Part shown: piece by piece, positions 1 through 9,930 of the stretch
How the letters are laid out: the number at the start of each line of letters is the position of its first letter
Numbering within the stretch: position 1 is the stretch's first letter
Assembly (NCBI GenBank): GCA_963750695.1
Contig: CAVVSB010000002.1
Location: forward strand, 68,047-132,046
Source: an uncultured Solirubrobacterales bacterium
GTDB taxonomy: Bacteria > Actinomycetota > Thermoleophilia > Solirubrobacterales > Solirubrobacteraceae
Direction: 5' to 3'
Length of the DNA stretch: 64,000 nucleotides
The notes under the pieces: generated by a model
Seen by the model: only the letters and a program-made list of their open reading frames with translations
The model's database searches: none
Told to the model about the DNA's origin: nothing
Translations under genes and position numbers: made by a program

Positions 1-38
1 AGTTCGACGTCCTCGACGACGACCTCACAGACGACGAA

Positions 39-1055
39 ATGACGCCGCTGCGTGTCGCGGTTCTCGGAGGCGGCCGCTCCTCCGAGCACGAGGTCTCGCT
101 CGCGTCCTCAGCGTCGGTTGCGGACGGCCTGCGCGAGGCCGGTCATGACGTGCACGAGATCGCGATCGGCCGCGACGGGACGTGGCGGGCGCGCGACGGT
201 GGGCCGTCCGGCGACCCGATCGCGCTCTATCCGGGCCGCGGGATCGACGGCATCGACGTCGTTTTTCCGGTCCTGCACGGGCCGTTCGGCGAGGACGGCA
301 CCGTCCAGGGGCTGCTCGAGTGCGTCGACGTGCCCTACGTCGGCGCCGGCGTGCTCGCCTCGGCGGTGTGCATGGACAAGGTCGTGTTCAAGGAGTTGAT
401 GTCCGTCGCCGGCATCCCCCAGGTCGCCTACCAGGCCGTCCGCGAGCGGGACTGGCGCGATGGTTCCGGGGCGGTGCTGCGCTCGCTCGGCGCGCTCGGG
501 ATGCCGGTGTTCGTCAAGCCGGCGCGGCTCGGGTCATCGGTCGGGATCGTCCGGGTTGCGAGCTCGGACGAGTTGCCGGAGGCGCTCCAGACCGCGTTCT
601 CGCACGACGGCCTGGCGATCGTCGAGGCGTTCTCGTCGGGTTTGGAGGTCGAATGCTCGGTCCTCGGCAACGGCGACCCGATCGCCTCGCAGCCGGGTGA
701 GATCCTGCTCGCCGCGGGCGAGTCCGGCTGGTACGACTACGAGGCGAAGTACACGCCCGGCGGAATGGAGTTGATCGTCCCGGCGCGGATCAGCGATTCG
801 GCCCGCGAGCGGGTCCGCTCCCTGGCAGTTGAGGCGTTCGTGCGGTCAGGGTGCGCGGGGTTCGCCCGGGTCGACTTCTTCGTCGACGGCGAGAACGTCC
901 TCGTCAACGAGCTCAACACGATTCCCGGCTTCACCCAGACGAGCGTGTTCGGCTCGTTGTTCGCCGCATCCGGGATTCCGTACGCAGAACTGCTCGACCG
1001 GCTGGTGCGGCTCGCGGTCGAGCGGTATGAGACGGAGCGGCATCACCGCCACTGA
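39..1055 (+). CDS. ddl: D-alanine--D-alanine ligase
   Basis: VAVLGGGRSSEHEVSLAS, FPVLHGPFGEDG, KPARLGSSVG, YDYEAKY and NELNTIPGFT motifs. Confidence 0.97.
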   Translation: MTPLRVAVLGGGRSSEHEVSLASSASVADGLREAGHDVHEIAIGRDGTWRARDGGPSGDPIALYPGRGIDGIDVVFPVLHGPFGEDGTVQGLLECVDVPYVGAGVLASAVCMDKVVFKELMSVAGIPQVAYQAVRERDWRDGSGAVLRSLGALGMPVFVKPARLGSSVGIVRVASSDELPEALQTAFSHDGLAIVEAFSSGLEVECSVLGNGDPIASQPGEILLAAGESGWYDYEAKYTPGGMELIVPARISDSARERVRSLAVEAFVRSGCAGFARVDFFVDGENVLVNELNTIPGFTQTSVFGSLFAASGIPYAELLDRLVRLAVERYETERHHRH

Positions 1056-1083
1056 TCCGGTTGGGTGCCGAGCTGAGTCCGGG

Positions 1084-1212
1084 GCGCTCCGTGGGAGAAA
1101 CGTCGCAATCTCCGACCCGGACACGGATCGGTCGACATTCCTCCCGCTCAGCGGCACAAACGTCGACGGATCGCCGCCCCGCCGACATCCTGCGACGTTT
1201 CTCCCGGAGCGC
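1084..1212. repeat. Intergenic palindromic REP/BIME-like element, copy 1
   Basis: Perfect 15-bp inverted arms GGGAGAAACGTCGCA (1093-1107) and TGCGACGTTTCTCCC (1191-1205); outer arms GCGCTCC/GGAGCGC; central CCGCT-C-AGCGG hairpin; aligns without gaps to 24731-24837. Confidence 0.85.
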
Positions 1213-1263
1213 TCCCGACTCCGCGACCGCTCGATCCCTTCGATGCAACGCCGACCGACCGCC

Positions 1264-2760
1264 TTACTTGTACAGCGCAAGCTCGTTGATCGCGACCTGG
1301 TCGATCCCGTTGAGGTTCGTGATCCACAGCAGGTAGTAGCGGTACTTCGCGCCCGCGGCGCTCAGCTTCACGTCTGAGCGGCGCTTGACGTGAGACACAG
1401 AGCCGATGAGGTGCCAGCCGGCGTCGGGCCAGGCCATCGGCGGGTTGCCATTGCGGGCGTAGATCTGGGCGGAGAACCGGGGAGTGTCGGTCTCGATCCG
1501 CATCGCCCGGGCGCTGACGCCGGGCGCCGCGTCGAGGTAGACGCCGACGCCGGCCTTGCCGAGGTTGCCGCTCTGGTAGGTCTCGGTCGTCCACTTCGTG
1601 TCCTGCTGGCCGTCGATCGCAAAGCCGACCTCGTTGTGGTGCTCTTCCTTGTTGTCGCCGAGCGGGTCGAAGTCGTGGGCGCACGACTGGCAGAGCTGCA
1701 CCTGCTGGGGCGCAGTCGGGGGCGCGGGCTGGACGAGCTTCCCGGTTCCATGATGCGTCCGCGTGGTCGCGAGCCACACGGCGACGCCAGCGCCCGCAAG
1801 CACAAGGATCAACAGGACGACCAGCATCGTCATCCGGTGGCGGACGCGGAACGGAACGCGGGCCTGGGTGCGAGACGGGAGGGTGCGCAGCACCGTCGTC
1901 ACCTCGCCGGTCGCGCTACCCGCCCGAGCGGTCTCGATCGCGAGCACGTCCTCGAGGTCGGCGATCAACTCGGCATCGTTGGCGTAGCGGTCCTCCTGAC
2001 GCTTCGCCGTGGCGGTGTCGACGACGGCGGCGAGCGCCGAGGAGACCTCAGGCCGCTTCGTCTGGACGTCGGGCAGTTCCTCGCGGACGTGCTTCATCGC
2101 CACCGCGACCTGGCTGTCGCCCTTGAACGGAACCTCGCCGACGAGCATCTCGTATAGGCAGATCCCGAGCGCGTACAGATCCGACTGACCGGTCACGGGC
2201 TGCCCGAGAGCCTGCTCGGGGGACACGTAGTCCGTCGTTCCGAGCACGCGGCCGTCGGCGGTGAGTCCCTCCTCGTCGAGCGTGCGGGCGATCCCGAAGT
2301 CGGTGACCTTGGCCGAGCCCTCCTCGTCGATGAGCACGTTCTGGGGCTTGACGTCGCGGTGGACGATGTGACGAGCGTGCGCGGCGCCGAGCGCGCGGGC
2401 GATCTCGATCCCGTACGCGACCGCTTCGGCGATCGGGAGCCGGCCCATGCGGCGGATCCGCTCCTTGAGGGTCTCGCCCTCGACGTACTCGAACACGATG
2501 TACGGCCGGCTCTCGTCCTCGCCGGCGTCGATCACGCCGACGATGTGGGGATGTGAGAGCTGGGCGACGGCGCGCGCCTCACGGCGGAAGCGCTCGAGCT
2601 GGTCTGAGTCGGAGGCGACCTCGCGGTTCATCAGCTTGATCGCGACCTGACGCTGGAGCGTCGTGTCGAGGGCGCGATAGACCGTCGACATCCCGCCCGC
2701 ACCGATCCGCGCCTCCAATCGGTAGCGGCCCGAAAGCGTCGTGCCGAGGATCGTGCTCAT
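1264..2760 (-). CDS. Membrane Ser/Thr protein kinase (PknB-like catalytic domain) with an extracellular discoidin/galactose-binding-like domain
   Basis: IGAGGMSTVY, VAIK, HRDVKPQN, DFGIAR and GTTDYVSPEQ motifs; a TM segment; C-terminal AIDG...TKWTTETY and YRYYLLWIT; no PASTA repeats. Confidence 0.92.
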   Translation of the reverse strand: MSTILGTTLSGRYRLEARIGAGGMSTVYRALDTTLQRQVAIKLMNREVASDSDQLERFRREARAVAQLSHPHIVGVIDAGEDESRPYIVFEYVEGETLKERIRRMGRLPIAEAVAYGIEIARALGAAHARHIVHRDVKPQNVLIDEEGSAKVTDFGIARTLDEEGLTADGRVLGTTDYVSPEQALGQPVTGQSDLYALGICLYEMLVGEVPFKGDSQVAVAMKHVREELPDVQTKRPEVSSALAAVVDTATAKRQEDRYANDAELIADLEDVLAIETARAGSATGEVTTVLRTLPSRTQARVPFRVRHRMTMLVVLLILVLAGAGVAVWLATTRTHHGTGKLVQPAPPTAPQQVQLCQSCAHDFDPLGDNKEEHHNEVGFAIDGQQDTKWTTETYQSGNLGKAGVGVYLDAAPGVSARAMRIETDTPRFSAQIYARNGNPPMAWPDAGWHLIGSVSHVKRRSDVKLSAAGAKYRYYLLWITNLNGIDQVAINELALYK

Positions 2761-2822
2761 CCGTCGCCCACTATTTTGCGGTACTTGCCCACGGTCGGGG
2801 ACTACTACTACACAGATTCAAC

Positions 2823-4178
2823 GTGACCTGCGGGATGTCGGCGCGGTTCAGGACCCAGATCGGGCTGATCGGGCTGGTCGCGCTCGGCATCCGGCTGCTC
2901 TACATCCTCGCGATCGCCCCGGCGCCAGCCGGCGTCGGCGGCGATGCCGGCTTCTACCACAGCGCCGCCAATCTGATTGCGCACGGCCACTTCTACTACC
3001 GCGGGATCTTCGGCCATGCCTACCACACCGCAGAGCACCCACCGCTCTATCCGCTCGTGCTGTCGCTCAGCTCGCTCGCCGGCGGCGACACGCTGAGCGC
3101 CCACCGGATCGTCTCGTGCGTAGTCGGGTGCGTCGGGGTGATCCTCGTCGGGCTGCTCGGCCGCCGCATCGCTGGTGACCGCGCGGGCCTCATCGCGGCC
3201 GGGATCGCCGCCGTCTACCCGCCCTTCATCACCGCCGACGGACTCGTCATGAGCGAGCCGCTGTTCGTCGTGACGGTGACCGCGGCTCTGCTCGCTGCGC
3301 TCACCCTCCTGAGTGCGCCGACGACCCGCAACGCCGCGATCCTCGGCGCGGCGGTCGCGCTCGCGACCCTCACGCGCGGCGAGGGGATCCTCCTCCTCCC
3401 CCTGCTCGCCTGGCCGGCCGCCGGCCTCGCGGCCCGCGACCACCGCGTGGGCCGGGTCCTCGCCGCCACCGCCGCCACCGTCCTCGTCCTCGCGCCGTGG
3501 GTCATCCGCAACGTCATCGTCTTTCACACCCCGACGGTCGCCGCCGACTCCAACACGGTCATCGCGGGCGCAAACTGCCCGGACACGTACTACGGCCACG
3601 ACATCGGGTGGTGGAGCAACCGCTGCCTCCAGCGGGCCCGCACGCGTGAGCAGCTGCTCGTCGGCGATGCCTCGACGCGTGCCGCCTACACCTACGCGGG
3701 TGACCACCTCATCCGGCTGCCGCTGATCGCCGTTGTGCGCGTGCTCCGCACGTTCAACCTCTTCCAGCCGCTGCGTCAGGGCAACCGGGAGCCGCGCGTC
3801 GAGTGGGTCGACGTCGTCGGGCTCATGATCTACTACCCGCTGCTCATCATCGCCGTGATCGGCGCCGTCAGAATGCCCGACCGGCGGGCTCGATGGGTGC
3901 TCCTCGCCCCGATCGCGATGGTCGTCATCGTCAGTGCGCTGACCTGGGGCATCGGCCGCTTCCGGGTCGCGGCCGATGTCTCGCTCATCGTCTTTGCCGC
4001 CAGCGCTTTCGCAGCGCGACGATCCCGAGCGCCGTCCGGTAACACGCGTACGGCAGCAGCGAGCGATCCCGCTCGACCTGCCGGATCAGCCACGTGGAGC
4101 CGAGCGTGGAGCCGAACGACGCGAGCGCTCCGGCCGCGAATGGGACAGCCGTCGCCGGCGGTAGCCCGCGGCGCTTGA
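2823..4178 (+). CDS. Glycosyltransferase family 39 / ArnT-PMT-like GT-C membrane protein
   Basis: Multi-TM protein with N-terminal GDAGFYH loop, HPPLYP, MSEPLF and LTRGE; start may be ATG 2835; the 3' end runs antisense into uppP. Confidence 0.75.
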   Translation: MTCGMSARFRTQIGLIGLVALGIRLLYILAIAPAPAGVGGDAGFYHSAANLIAHGHFYYRGIFGHAYHTAEHPPLYPLVLSLSSLAGGDTLSAHRIVSCVVGCVGVILVGLLGRRIAGDRAGLIAAGIAAVYPPFITADGLVMSEPLFVVTVTAALLAALTLLSAPTTRNAAILGAAVALATLTRGEGILLLPLLAWPAAGLAARDHRVGRVLAATAATVLVLAPWVIRNVIVFHTPTVAADSNTVIAGANCPDTYYGHDIGWWSNRCLQRARTREQLLVGDASTRAAYTYAGDHLIRLPLIAVVRVLRTFNLFQPLRQGNREPRVEWVDVVGLMIYYPLLIIAVIGAVRMPDRRARWVLLAPIAMVVIVSALTWGIGRFRVAADVSLIVFAASAFAARRSRAPSGNTRTAAASDPARPAGSATWSRAWSRTTRALRPRMGQPSPAVARGA

Positions 4179-4809
4179 GCCTCACGCCCTTGAGCAGCGT
4201 TGCGCCGGCGATCACGGGCAGCGCGACGTGGCGCGAGAGCCGGTTCGCGTCCTCCCGGGTGAACAGCCGAAAGCGCGCCGCCGCGAGCGTCGCCCCGTTG
4301 CGTGAGACGCCGGGGATGAGCGCCGCCGCCTGCGCGACACCGAGCCACAGCGCGTCGACGGCCCGCGCGTCGTCGTGGCGACGGACCTGCGGTCGGCGGT
4401 CGGCGAGTGCCATGACCGCTGACCCCAAGATCAATCCGGCGGCGATCGTCGGCGGCGTCCCCAGCCGAGACTCGATCGGCCGCTCGAGCGTGTACCCGAC
4501 GATGGCCGGCGGCGCGAACGACAGCGCGATCAGCAGCATGCGGCGCATGTCGAGCCCGCCGACTGCCTCACCGACCTCGTCACGGAGGGTGATCAGCAGC
4601 GCAGCCGCCGTGCCGGCGTGGAGCACCACCTCGAAGGATTTCCGGAGCTCGGGGTCGAGCCGGTCGTAGTCCCATCCGAGCAGCCACGGAATGAGTGCGA
4701 TGTGGCCGGAGGACGAGATCGGGAGCAGTTCCGCGGGGCCGTGGAGTGCCCCGAGGGCGAGTGCCTGTCCGAGCGCGAGACGGTCCCCTGGCTGACGGCT
4801 AGCCGTCAA
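3985..4809 (-). CDS. uppP: Undecaprenyl-diphosphate phosphatase (BacA/UppP)
   Basis: ELLPISSSGH, LHAGT and ALIPGVSRNGAT motifs; TTG start at 4809 inferred (the ORF-track start at 5124 is a spurious extension). Confidence 0.9.
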   Translation of the reverse strand: MTASRQPGDRLALGQALALGALHGPAELLPISSSGHIALIPWLLGWDYDRLDPELRKSFEVVLHAGTAAALLITLRDEVGEAVGGLDMRRMLLIALSFAPPAIVGYTLERPIESRLGTPPTIAAGLILGSAVMALADRRPQVRRHDDARAVDALWLGVAQAAALIPGVSRNGATLAAARFRLFTREDANRLSRHVALPVIAGATLLKGVRLKRRGLPPATAVPFAAGALASFGSTLGSTWLIRQVERDRSLLPYACYRTALGIVALRKRWRQRR

Positions 4810-4930
4810 GGGAGCACATGACAGAGGCGGCGAGCGGCAAAGCTCGGCAAGGGTACCGGCACCAGGGCCGACCCCGAGCCGCCGGGCGGTGGCTTCGCGG
4901 ACGGGCCTGGATAGGGTGAGGGAGATGCCG

Positions 4931-5935
4931 ATGAACGTCTGGGTCGACCTCACGAATTCCCCCCACGTGCTGGTGATGCGTCCGGTGATCGCCGAGCTGC
5001 GGGCCCGGGGCCATCGCGTCCAGGTGACCGCCCGCGACTTCGCCCAGACGCTCGGACTGTGCCGGCGCTTCGGCATCGAGCACACGGCGATCGGCCGCCA
5101 CCGCGGCGGCGGTCTCGCGGCCAAGGGGATTGGTCTGATCCGGCGCTCCGCCCAGCTTGCACGGTGGGCGGACGGCCGGCGCTTTGATCTCGCCCTCGGT
5201 CACGGGTCGAACGACATCACGGTCGCCGCCCGGCTGCTGCGGATCCCGTGCTCGACGATGTTCGACTACGAGTGGGCGATTGTCCAGCACACCGTGAACT
5301 GCCGGCTTGCGCAGGGCGTCGTCGTGCCCGACGCGATCCCGCCCGAGCGCCTCAGGCGCTACGGCGCAACTCGCAAGCTGCACCCGTACCCGGGCCTCAA
5401 GGAGGAGTACTACCTCGCGGACTTCGAGCCGACGAACGAGGTGCTCGATGAGCTGGGCCTCGATCCGGCCGAGCCGATCGCGGTCATCCGCACGCCGCCG
5501 GCCGTTTCGCTCTATCACCGATTCGAGAACGACCTGTTTGCGAGCGTGCTCCAGCGGCTGCGCGGCACCCAGGTCGTCGTCCTGCCCCGAACCTCCGAGC
5601 AGCGCGCCGACCTCGAGCGGGCCGGCGGCTTCATCGTGCCTGAGCAGGCGATCGATGCGCAATCGCTGATCGCCTACGCGGATCTCGTCGTCTCGGCCGG
5701 CGGGACGATGAATCGGGAGGCGGTCGCCCTTGGTACGCCCGTGTACACGGCGTTCGAGGGGCGTCTGGGGGCCGTCGACGAGCGGCTCATCGCCGACGGG
5801 CGCCTCAGGCAGCTGACGGCCGCCAGCGACGTGTGCCTCGTCAAGTACGACCGCAGCCGCCACCGGCCACGAATCCGCCGCAATCCAGGGAAACTGACGG
5901 ACCTTCTGCTGGCGCCCGCGCTAACGCGCTCTTAG
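4931..5935 (+). CDS. DUF354 family GT-B-fold protein
   Basis: VWVDLTNSPHV, HGSNDI, YPGLKEEYYL and SAGGTMNREAVALGTP; GGAG RBS at 4921-4924. Confidence 0.85.
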   Translation: MNVWVDLTNSPHVLVMRPVIAELRARGHRVQVTARDFAQTLGLCRRFGIEHTAIGRHRGGGLAAKGIGLIRRSAQLARWADGRRFDLALGHGSNDITVAARLLRIPCSTMFDYEWAIVQHTVNCRLAQGVVVPDAIPPERLRRYGATRKLHPYPGLKEEYYLADFEPTNEVLDELGLDPAEPIAVIRTPPAVSLYHRFENDLFASVLQRLRGTQVVVLPRTSEQRADLERAGGFIVPEQAIDAQSLIAYADLVVSAGGTMNREAVALGTPVYTAFEGRLGAVDERLIADGRLRQLTAASDVCLVKYDRSRHRPRIRRNPGKLTDLLLAPALTRS

Positions 5936-5975
5936 CGCGGTCCGGGCGTGTTGCCGCACTAGAATTGCGCGTCGC

Positions 5976-7946
5976 ATGCGCCGGCGGATCAGATCCGCGG
6001 CCTTCCCCGTTCATCGCCACTCGTTGCCCCAGCTGCTGTTGGACGGTGCCTTGGTCGCGCTCGCGTACTACCTCGCGTTCCAGCTGAGGTTCGAAGGCCA
6101 TGTCCTCATCCGCTACGAGGATCTGTTTGAGCGCACGATTCCGTGGGTCGTCCCCGTCTGGCTGGTCGCGCTCGCAGCATTTGGCTGCTATCAGCGGCTG
6201 TGGACGTTCGTCAGCCAGCGTGAGTACGAGGCCGTCGTCAAGGCGGCGATCGTCGCGACGTTGGTCATCGTCGGCGCGATCGCGCTCCTGCACCCGGTGC
6301 AGACGCCGCCGCGGATCGTGCGGCACCACGACTCCTTCTCGATCACCTCGACTGCCGTCACGCTCCCGGCAAGCGTGATCGCGCTGTGCTTCCTGCTGAC
6401 GCTCCTGCTGCTGCTCGGCGCCCGATTCATCATCCATCTGATCGTGGAGGGGCGGGTCCGGAGCTTCCGCGTGAGCAAGGGTGCGCGTGACGCGCTGATC
6501 GTCGGCGGTGGCGAGGGCGGCCGGCTCGTGGCCCGCGAACTCGTCCGCAACCCGCAGCTACGGCTGCGTCCCGTCGGGTTCGTCGATGATGACCCGCGCA
6601 AGCAGGGGATCAAGGACGAGTACGGGTTGAGAGTGCTCGGGACGACCTCCGCCGACGACCTGGCGCGGATCCTCGACGAGGTCGAGCCGGACGAGGTCGT
6701 GATCGCCATGCCCTCCGCGCCGGGCACGCTGCGTGCGCGCGTCGTCGCGGCATGCCGGGCGCGCGGGATCCCGGTGCGGACGATGCCGACCGTATTCGAG
6801 CTGCTCCGTGAGGGTTCCGGTCAGCTCAAGGTGACCCGTCAGCTGCGTGAGGTCCGCGTCGAGGACATGCTCGGCCGAGAGCCGGTGCGGATGGAGCTCG
6901 AGCGGGTCGGGGCCTATCTTGCCGGCAAGGTTGTGCTGGTCACCGGTGCCGGCGGTTCGATCGGCAGCGAGCTCTGCCGCCAGATCGCTCGGGTCGGTCC
7001 GCGCAAGCTCGTACTCGTCGACCACGCCGAGGACAACCTCTTCGAGATTTTGCGCGAGCTTGAGGAGGAGCGGCACGTGCGCACCGCCACGCCCGTGCTC
7101 GCCGACTGCAAGGAGGAAGAACGGATGCGGGAGGTGCTCACCGAGCACCGGCCTGCGATCGTGTTCCACGCCGCGGCGTACAAGCACGTGATGATGATGG
7201 AGCTCAACCCGGTCGAGGCGGTGCGCAACAACGCTCTCGCGACGCGGCTCGTGGCGCGGATCGCGGGTGAGGTCGGGGTCGAGACGTTCGTCCTCATCTC
7301 GACCGACAAGGCGGTCAAGCCGGCGACCGTGATGGGTGCCTCCAAGGCGCTCGCCGAGTGGGCGGTCGAGGCGGCCGCCGCGAAGTATCCGGCCACGCGC
7401 TACGCGACTGTCCGGTTCGGCAACGTGCTCGGCTCCTCAGGCTCGGTCGTTCCGATCTTCCGCCGCCAGATCGCGGCCGGCGGGCCGGTCACCGTCACCG
7501 ACGAACGGATGACCCGCTACTTCATGACGATCCCGGAGGCGGTCCAACTCGTCATCCGGGCCGGCTCGCTCCACGACGGCAGCGGCGAGGTGTTTGTCCT
7601 GGAAATGGGCGAGCCGGTGAAGATCATCGATCTCGCCGACACGATGATTCGGCTCTCCGGGCTCGAGCCGGGGCGTGACATCGCGATCGAGGTCGTCGGG
7701 GCGCGAGCCGGCGAGAAGTTCCACGAGGACCTGTTCAACCCGACCGAGCACCCCCAGCCGACGCCGGCGCAGAAGATCCTGCGCGCCCAGCGGGAATCGC
7801 TCGATCCGGCCTGGGTCGAGGACGCGTTCGGCCGCATCAACCTGCTCGTCCTCGAGGGCGATGCGGCCGTGCTGGCGGAGCACGTATCGAGCCTCGCGTG
7901 GGGCCGACCGACGTCCGAGCCTCCTGGCGCCCGGATCGCCACGTAG
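5976..7946 (+). CDS. Membrane-bound nucleoside-diphosphate-sugar 4,6-dehydratase (CapD/PglF/WbpM family)
   Basis: N-terminal TMs; GFVDDDP; VLVTGAGGSIGSELCRQI; HAAAYKHV; ISTDKAV; RFGNVLGSSGSV; MTRYFMTIPEA. Confidence 0.95.
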   Translation: MRRRIRSAAFPVHRHSLPQLLLDGALVALAYYLAFQLRFEGHVLIRYEDLFERTIPWVVPVWLVALAAFGCYQRLWTFVSQREYEAVVKAAIVATLVIVGAIALLHPVQTPPRIVRHHDSFSITSTAVTLPASVIALCFLLTLLLLLGARFIIHLIVEGRVRSFRVSKGARDALIVGGGEGGRLVARELVRNPQLRLRPVGFVDDDPRKQGIKDEYGLRVLGTTSADDLARILDEVEPDEVVIAMPSAPGTLRARVVAACRARGIPVRTMPTVFELLREGSGQLKVTRQLREVRVEDMLGREPVRMELERVGAYLAGKVVLVTGAGGSIGSELCRQIARVGPRKLVLVDHAEDNLFEILRELEEERHVRTATPVLADCKEEERMREVLTEHRPAIVFHAAAYKHVMMMELNPVEAVRNNALATRLVARIAGEVGVETFVLISTDKAVKPATVMGASKALAEWAVEAAAAKYPATRYATVRFGNVLGSSGSVVPIFRRQIAAGGPVTVTDERMTRYFMTIPEAVQLVIRAGSLHDGSGEVFVLEMGEPVKIIDLADTMIRLSGLEPGRDIAIEVVGARAGEKFHEDLFNPTEHPQPTPAQKILRAQRESLDPAWVEDAFGRINLLVLEGDAAVLAEHVSSLAWGRPTSEPPGARIAT

Positions 7947-7960
7947 ACTGCGCTCGCAGC

Positions 7961-9148
7961 ATGGCGTCGATTCCCTTCGCCTTCTCGGTCCACCACTTCA
8001 TCAACTCGGTGGGCGCGTACGCAGGCTTTGCCGCAATCATCGGCTTGGCCGTCCTTGTGCTGCTCTATTTCGCGCAGGCACGAGAGACCGCGTCCCTGCG
8101 CGAGCAGGCCTACGAGTCGGCCCAGCACGTCCAGCAGCTCGAGAACCGGATCGCCCAGCTCATCGCCCGCCAGCCTGCGCCCGCGCCGGCCCCGCCGGTT
8201 GCCGTCCCCGCCCCCGAGCCGGCCGTCACCGGCACGGGAGCGCCACGCCCCGCTGCGGCGACCGCAGGCGCGGGAACGGCCCTCGCGACGGCGACGGCGC
8301 TGCCCGAGGTCGGTGCTCCCGCTGGTGTCGGCGCACCCGCGCTCACGGCCGCCACGAAGCTGATACCGGCCGGGGCGGTCGCTGCCGGCCTCGAGGCGTT
8401 CGGCGGTGACGAGCCCGACCTCACGACGGTCGGCGCGCCGGCTCCGGCCACTGTCGCCGGCGGCGCCAACGGCCACGCGACGATGCCACCGCCACCCGTC
8501 GGCGCCCCGGCGAGCGCCCAGCGGACCGGCGCAGGCGAGCAGACGGCGCCGCCACGCATCCAGATCCGTCCGAGCGCGGCGTCGATTCCCGGCGGTCGAC
8601 GCACGTCGCCGCCACCACGTCAGCAGGCTCAGCAGCGTCCGTCGACGGGCCGCCGGATCGTCGTGGCGCTCCTCGGCTTGCTCGTCGTCGCGGGAATCGT
8701 CGTCGCCCTGTTCGTGATCACGAACAGCGGGAGCAAAACGAACACGGGCTCCCAGCAGACCGCGGACAAGAGCACGACCAGCACGACGCCCGCCCGGCGT
8801 AAGCGCAAGCAGCCAGCCGCGTTCTCGCCCTCATCGGTGACCGTGTCCGTGCTCAACGGCACCGCGACCGCACAGCTCGCCCATCGGGTCTCGACGAAGC
8901 TCACCGGCATCGGCTACAAGGAGGGCACGGTCGCGACGGCCGCCGACCAGACGCGGACAGCGACCGTCGTCGCCTACCTTCCGGGCCACCAGCGTGACGC
9001 GCTCGCGGTGGCCAAGTCGCTGAAGCTCGGGCCGGCTTCGGTGCAGCCGATCGACCAGAGCACGCAGGCGGTCGCGTGTCCGCCCGGGACCGCCTGTGCG
9101 GGAGGCGTCGTCGTCACCGTCGGCTCCGACCTCGCCAACATCCAATAG
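7961..9148 (+). CDS. Membrane protein with Pro/Ala linker and LytR C-terminal domain
   Basis: Two TM segments and a low-complexity linker; C-terminal VSVLNGT...GLA-type LytR_C motif and VVTVGSD. Confidence 0.8.
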   Translation: MASIPFAFSVHHFINSVGAYAGFAAIIGLAVLVLLYFAQARETASLREQAYESAQHVQQLENRIAQLIARQPAPAPAPPVAVPAPEPAVTGTGAPRPAAATAGAGTALATATALPEVGAPAGVGAPALTAATKLIPAGAVAAGLEAFGGDEPDLTTVGAPAPATVAGGANGHATMPPPPVGAPASAQRTGAGEQTAPPRIQIRPSAASIPGGRRTSPPPRQQAQQRPSTGRRIVVALLGLLVVAGIVVALFVITNSGSKTNTGSQQTADKSTTSTTPARRKRKQPAAFSPSSVTVSVLNGTATAQLAHRVSTKLTGIGYKEGTVATAADQTRTATVVAYLPGHQRDALAVAKSLKLGPASVQPIDQSTQAVACPPGTACAGGVVVTVGSDLANIQ

Positions 9149-9156
9149 CCGAGGCC

Positions 9157-9930
9157 ATGATCGATCTTCTCGACCTCCCCGATCGGAGCGACAAGCCGCG
9201 CGGGCAGGGCATCACGCACGTCCTCGACCGAGGCCTGTCCGTCGGCGAGGTCGAGGGCCTGATCGAGAGTGCGGGCGAGTACATCGATCTGGTCAAACTC
9301 GGTTGGGGCACCGCACTCGTCACCGGCAACCTCGAGGGCAAGCTCGAGCGCTACCGGGCGGGCGGGATCCCGGTCGTGCTCGGCGGCACGCTGACCGAGC
9401 TGGCGATCGCCCAGGGACGGCTCGAGCCGTTCATCGAGTGGATCCGCGAGCTCGGGCTCGAGCACATCGAGATCTCAGACGGCACGATCACGATGCCGCA
9501 CGAGGAGAAGCTCGGCCTGATCGAGCGGTTCGCCTCGGAGTTCACGGTGCTCTCAGAGGTCGGCTCCAAGGACGACACGCGGATCATGGCCCCGTATCGC
9601 TGGGTCGAGCTCATTGAGAAGGAGCTCGAGGCGGGCTCGTGGAAGGTGATCGCCGAGGCGCGCGAGAGCGGAAACGTCGGCATCTTTCGGCACGACGGCG
9701 AGGTCCGGATGGGCCTGATCGACGAGATCGCACACGCGGTCGCCCCGGACCGGATCCTGTTCGAGGCCCCCCGTAAGGAGCAACAGGTCTGGTTCGTCCG
9801 CCGCTTCGGTCCCAACGTGAACCTCGGCAACATCGTGCCCGAGGACGTGGTCTCGCTCGAGACGATCCGTCTCGGCCTGCGCTCGGACACGGCGGGGGCC
9901 GGTGCGGTCGTGGCCACCGAGGATGATTGA
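9157..9930 (+). CDS. comA: Phosphosulfolactate synthase (ComA family)
   Basis: KPRGQGITHVLDRG, VKLGWGT, GGTLTE, EISDG, SEVGSK, EARESG, FEAP and NVNLGN motifs; GAGG RBS. Confidence 0.92.
   Translation: MIDLLDLPDRSDKPRGQGITHVLDRGLSVGEVEGLIESAGEYIDLVKLGWGTALVTGNLEGKLERYRAGGIPVVLGGTLTELAIAQGRLEPFIEWIRELGLEHIEISDGTITMPHEEKLGLIERFASEFTVLSEVGSKDDTRIMAPYRWVELIEKELEAGSWKVIAEARESGNVGIFRHDGEVRMGLIDEIAHAVAPDRILFEAPRKEQQVWFVRRFGPNVNLGNIVPEDVVSLETIRLGLRSDTAGAGAVVATEDD

Noticed and set aside
1-42. Possible 3' end of an upstream gene (SSTSSTTTSQTTK*) overlapping the ddl ATG
   Set aside because: Only 13 codons are visible. It cannot be distinguished from an in-frame ddl extension or assigned a product.
9157-9930. 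comA as evidence for coenzyme M biosynthesis
   Set aside because: No comB-E, xcb or alkene/epoxide metabolism genes are in the window, and ComA homologues are common in organisms that do not make CoM.
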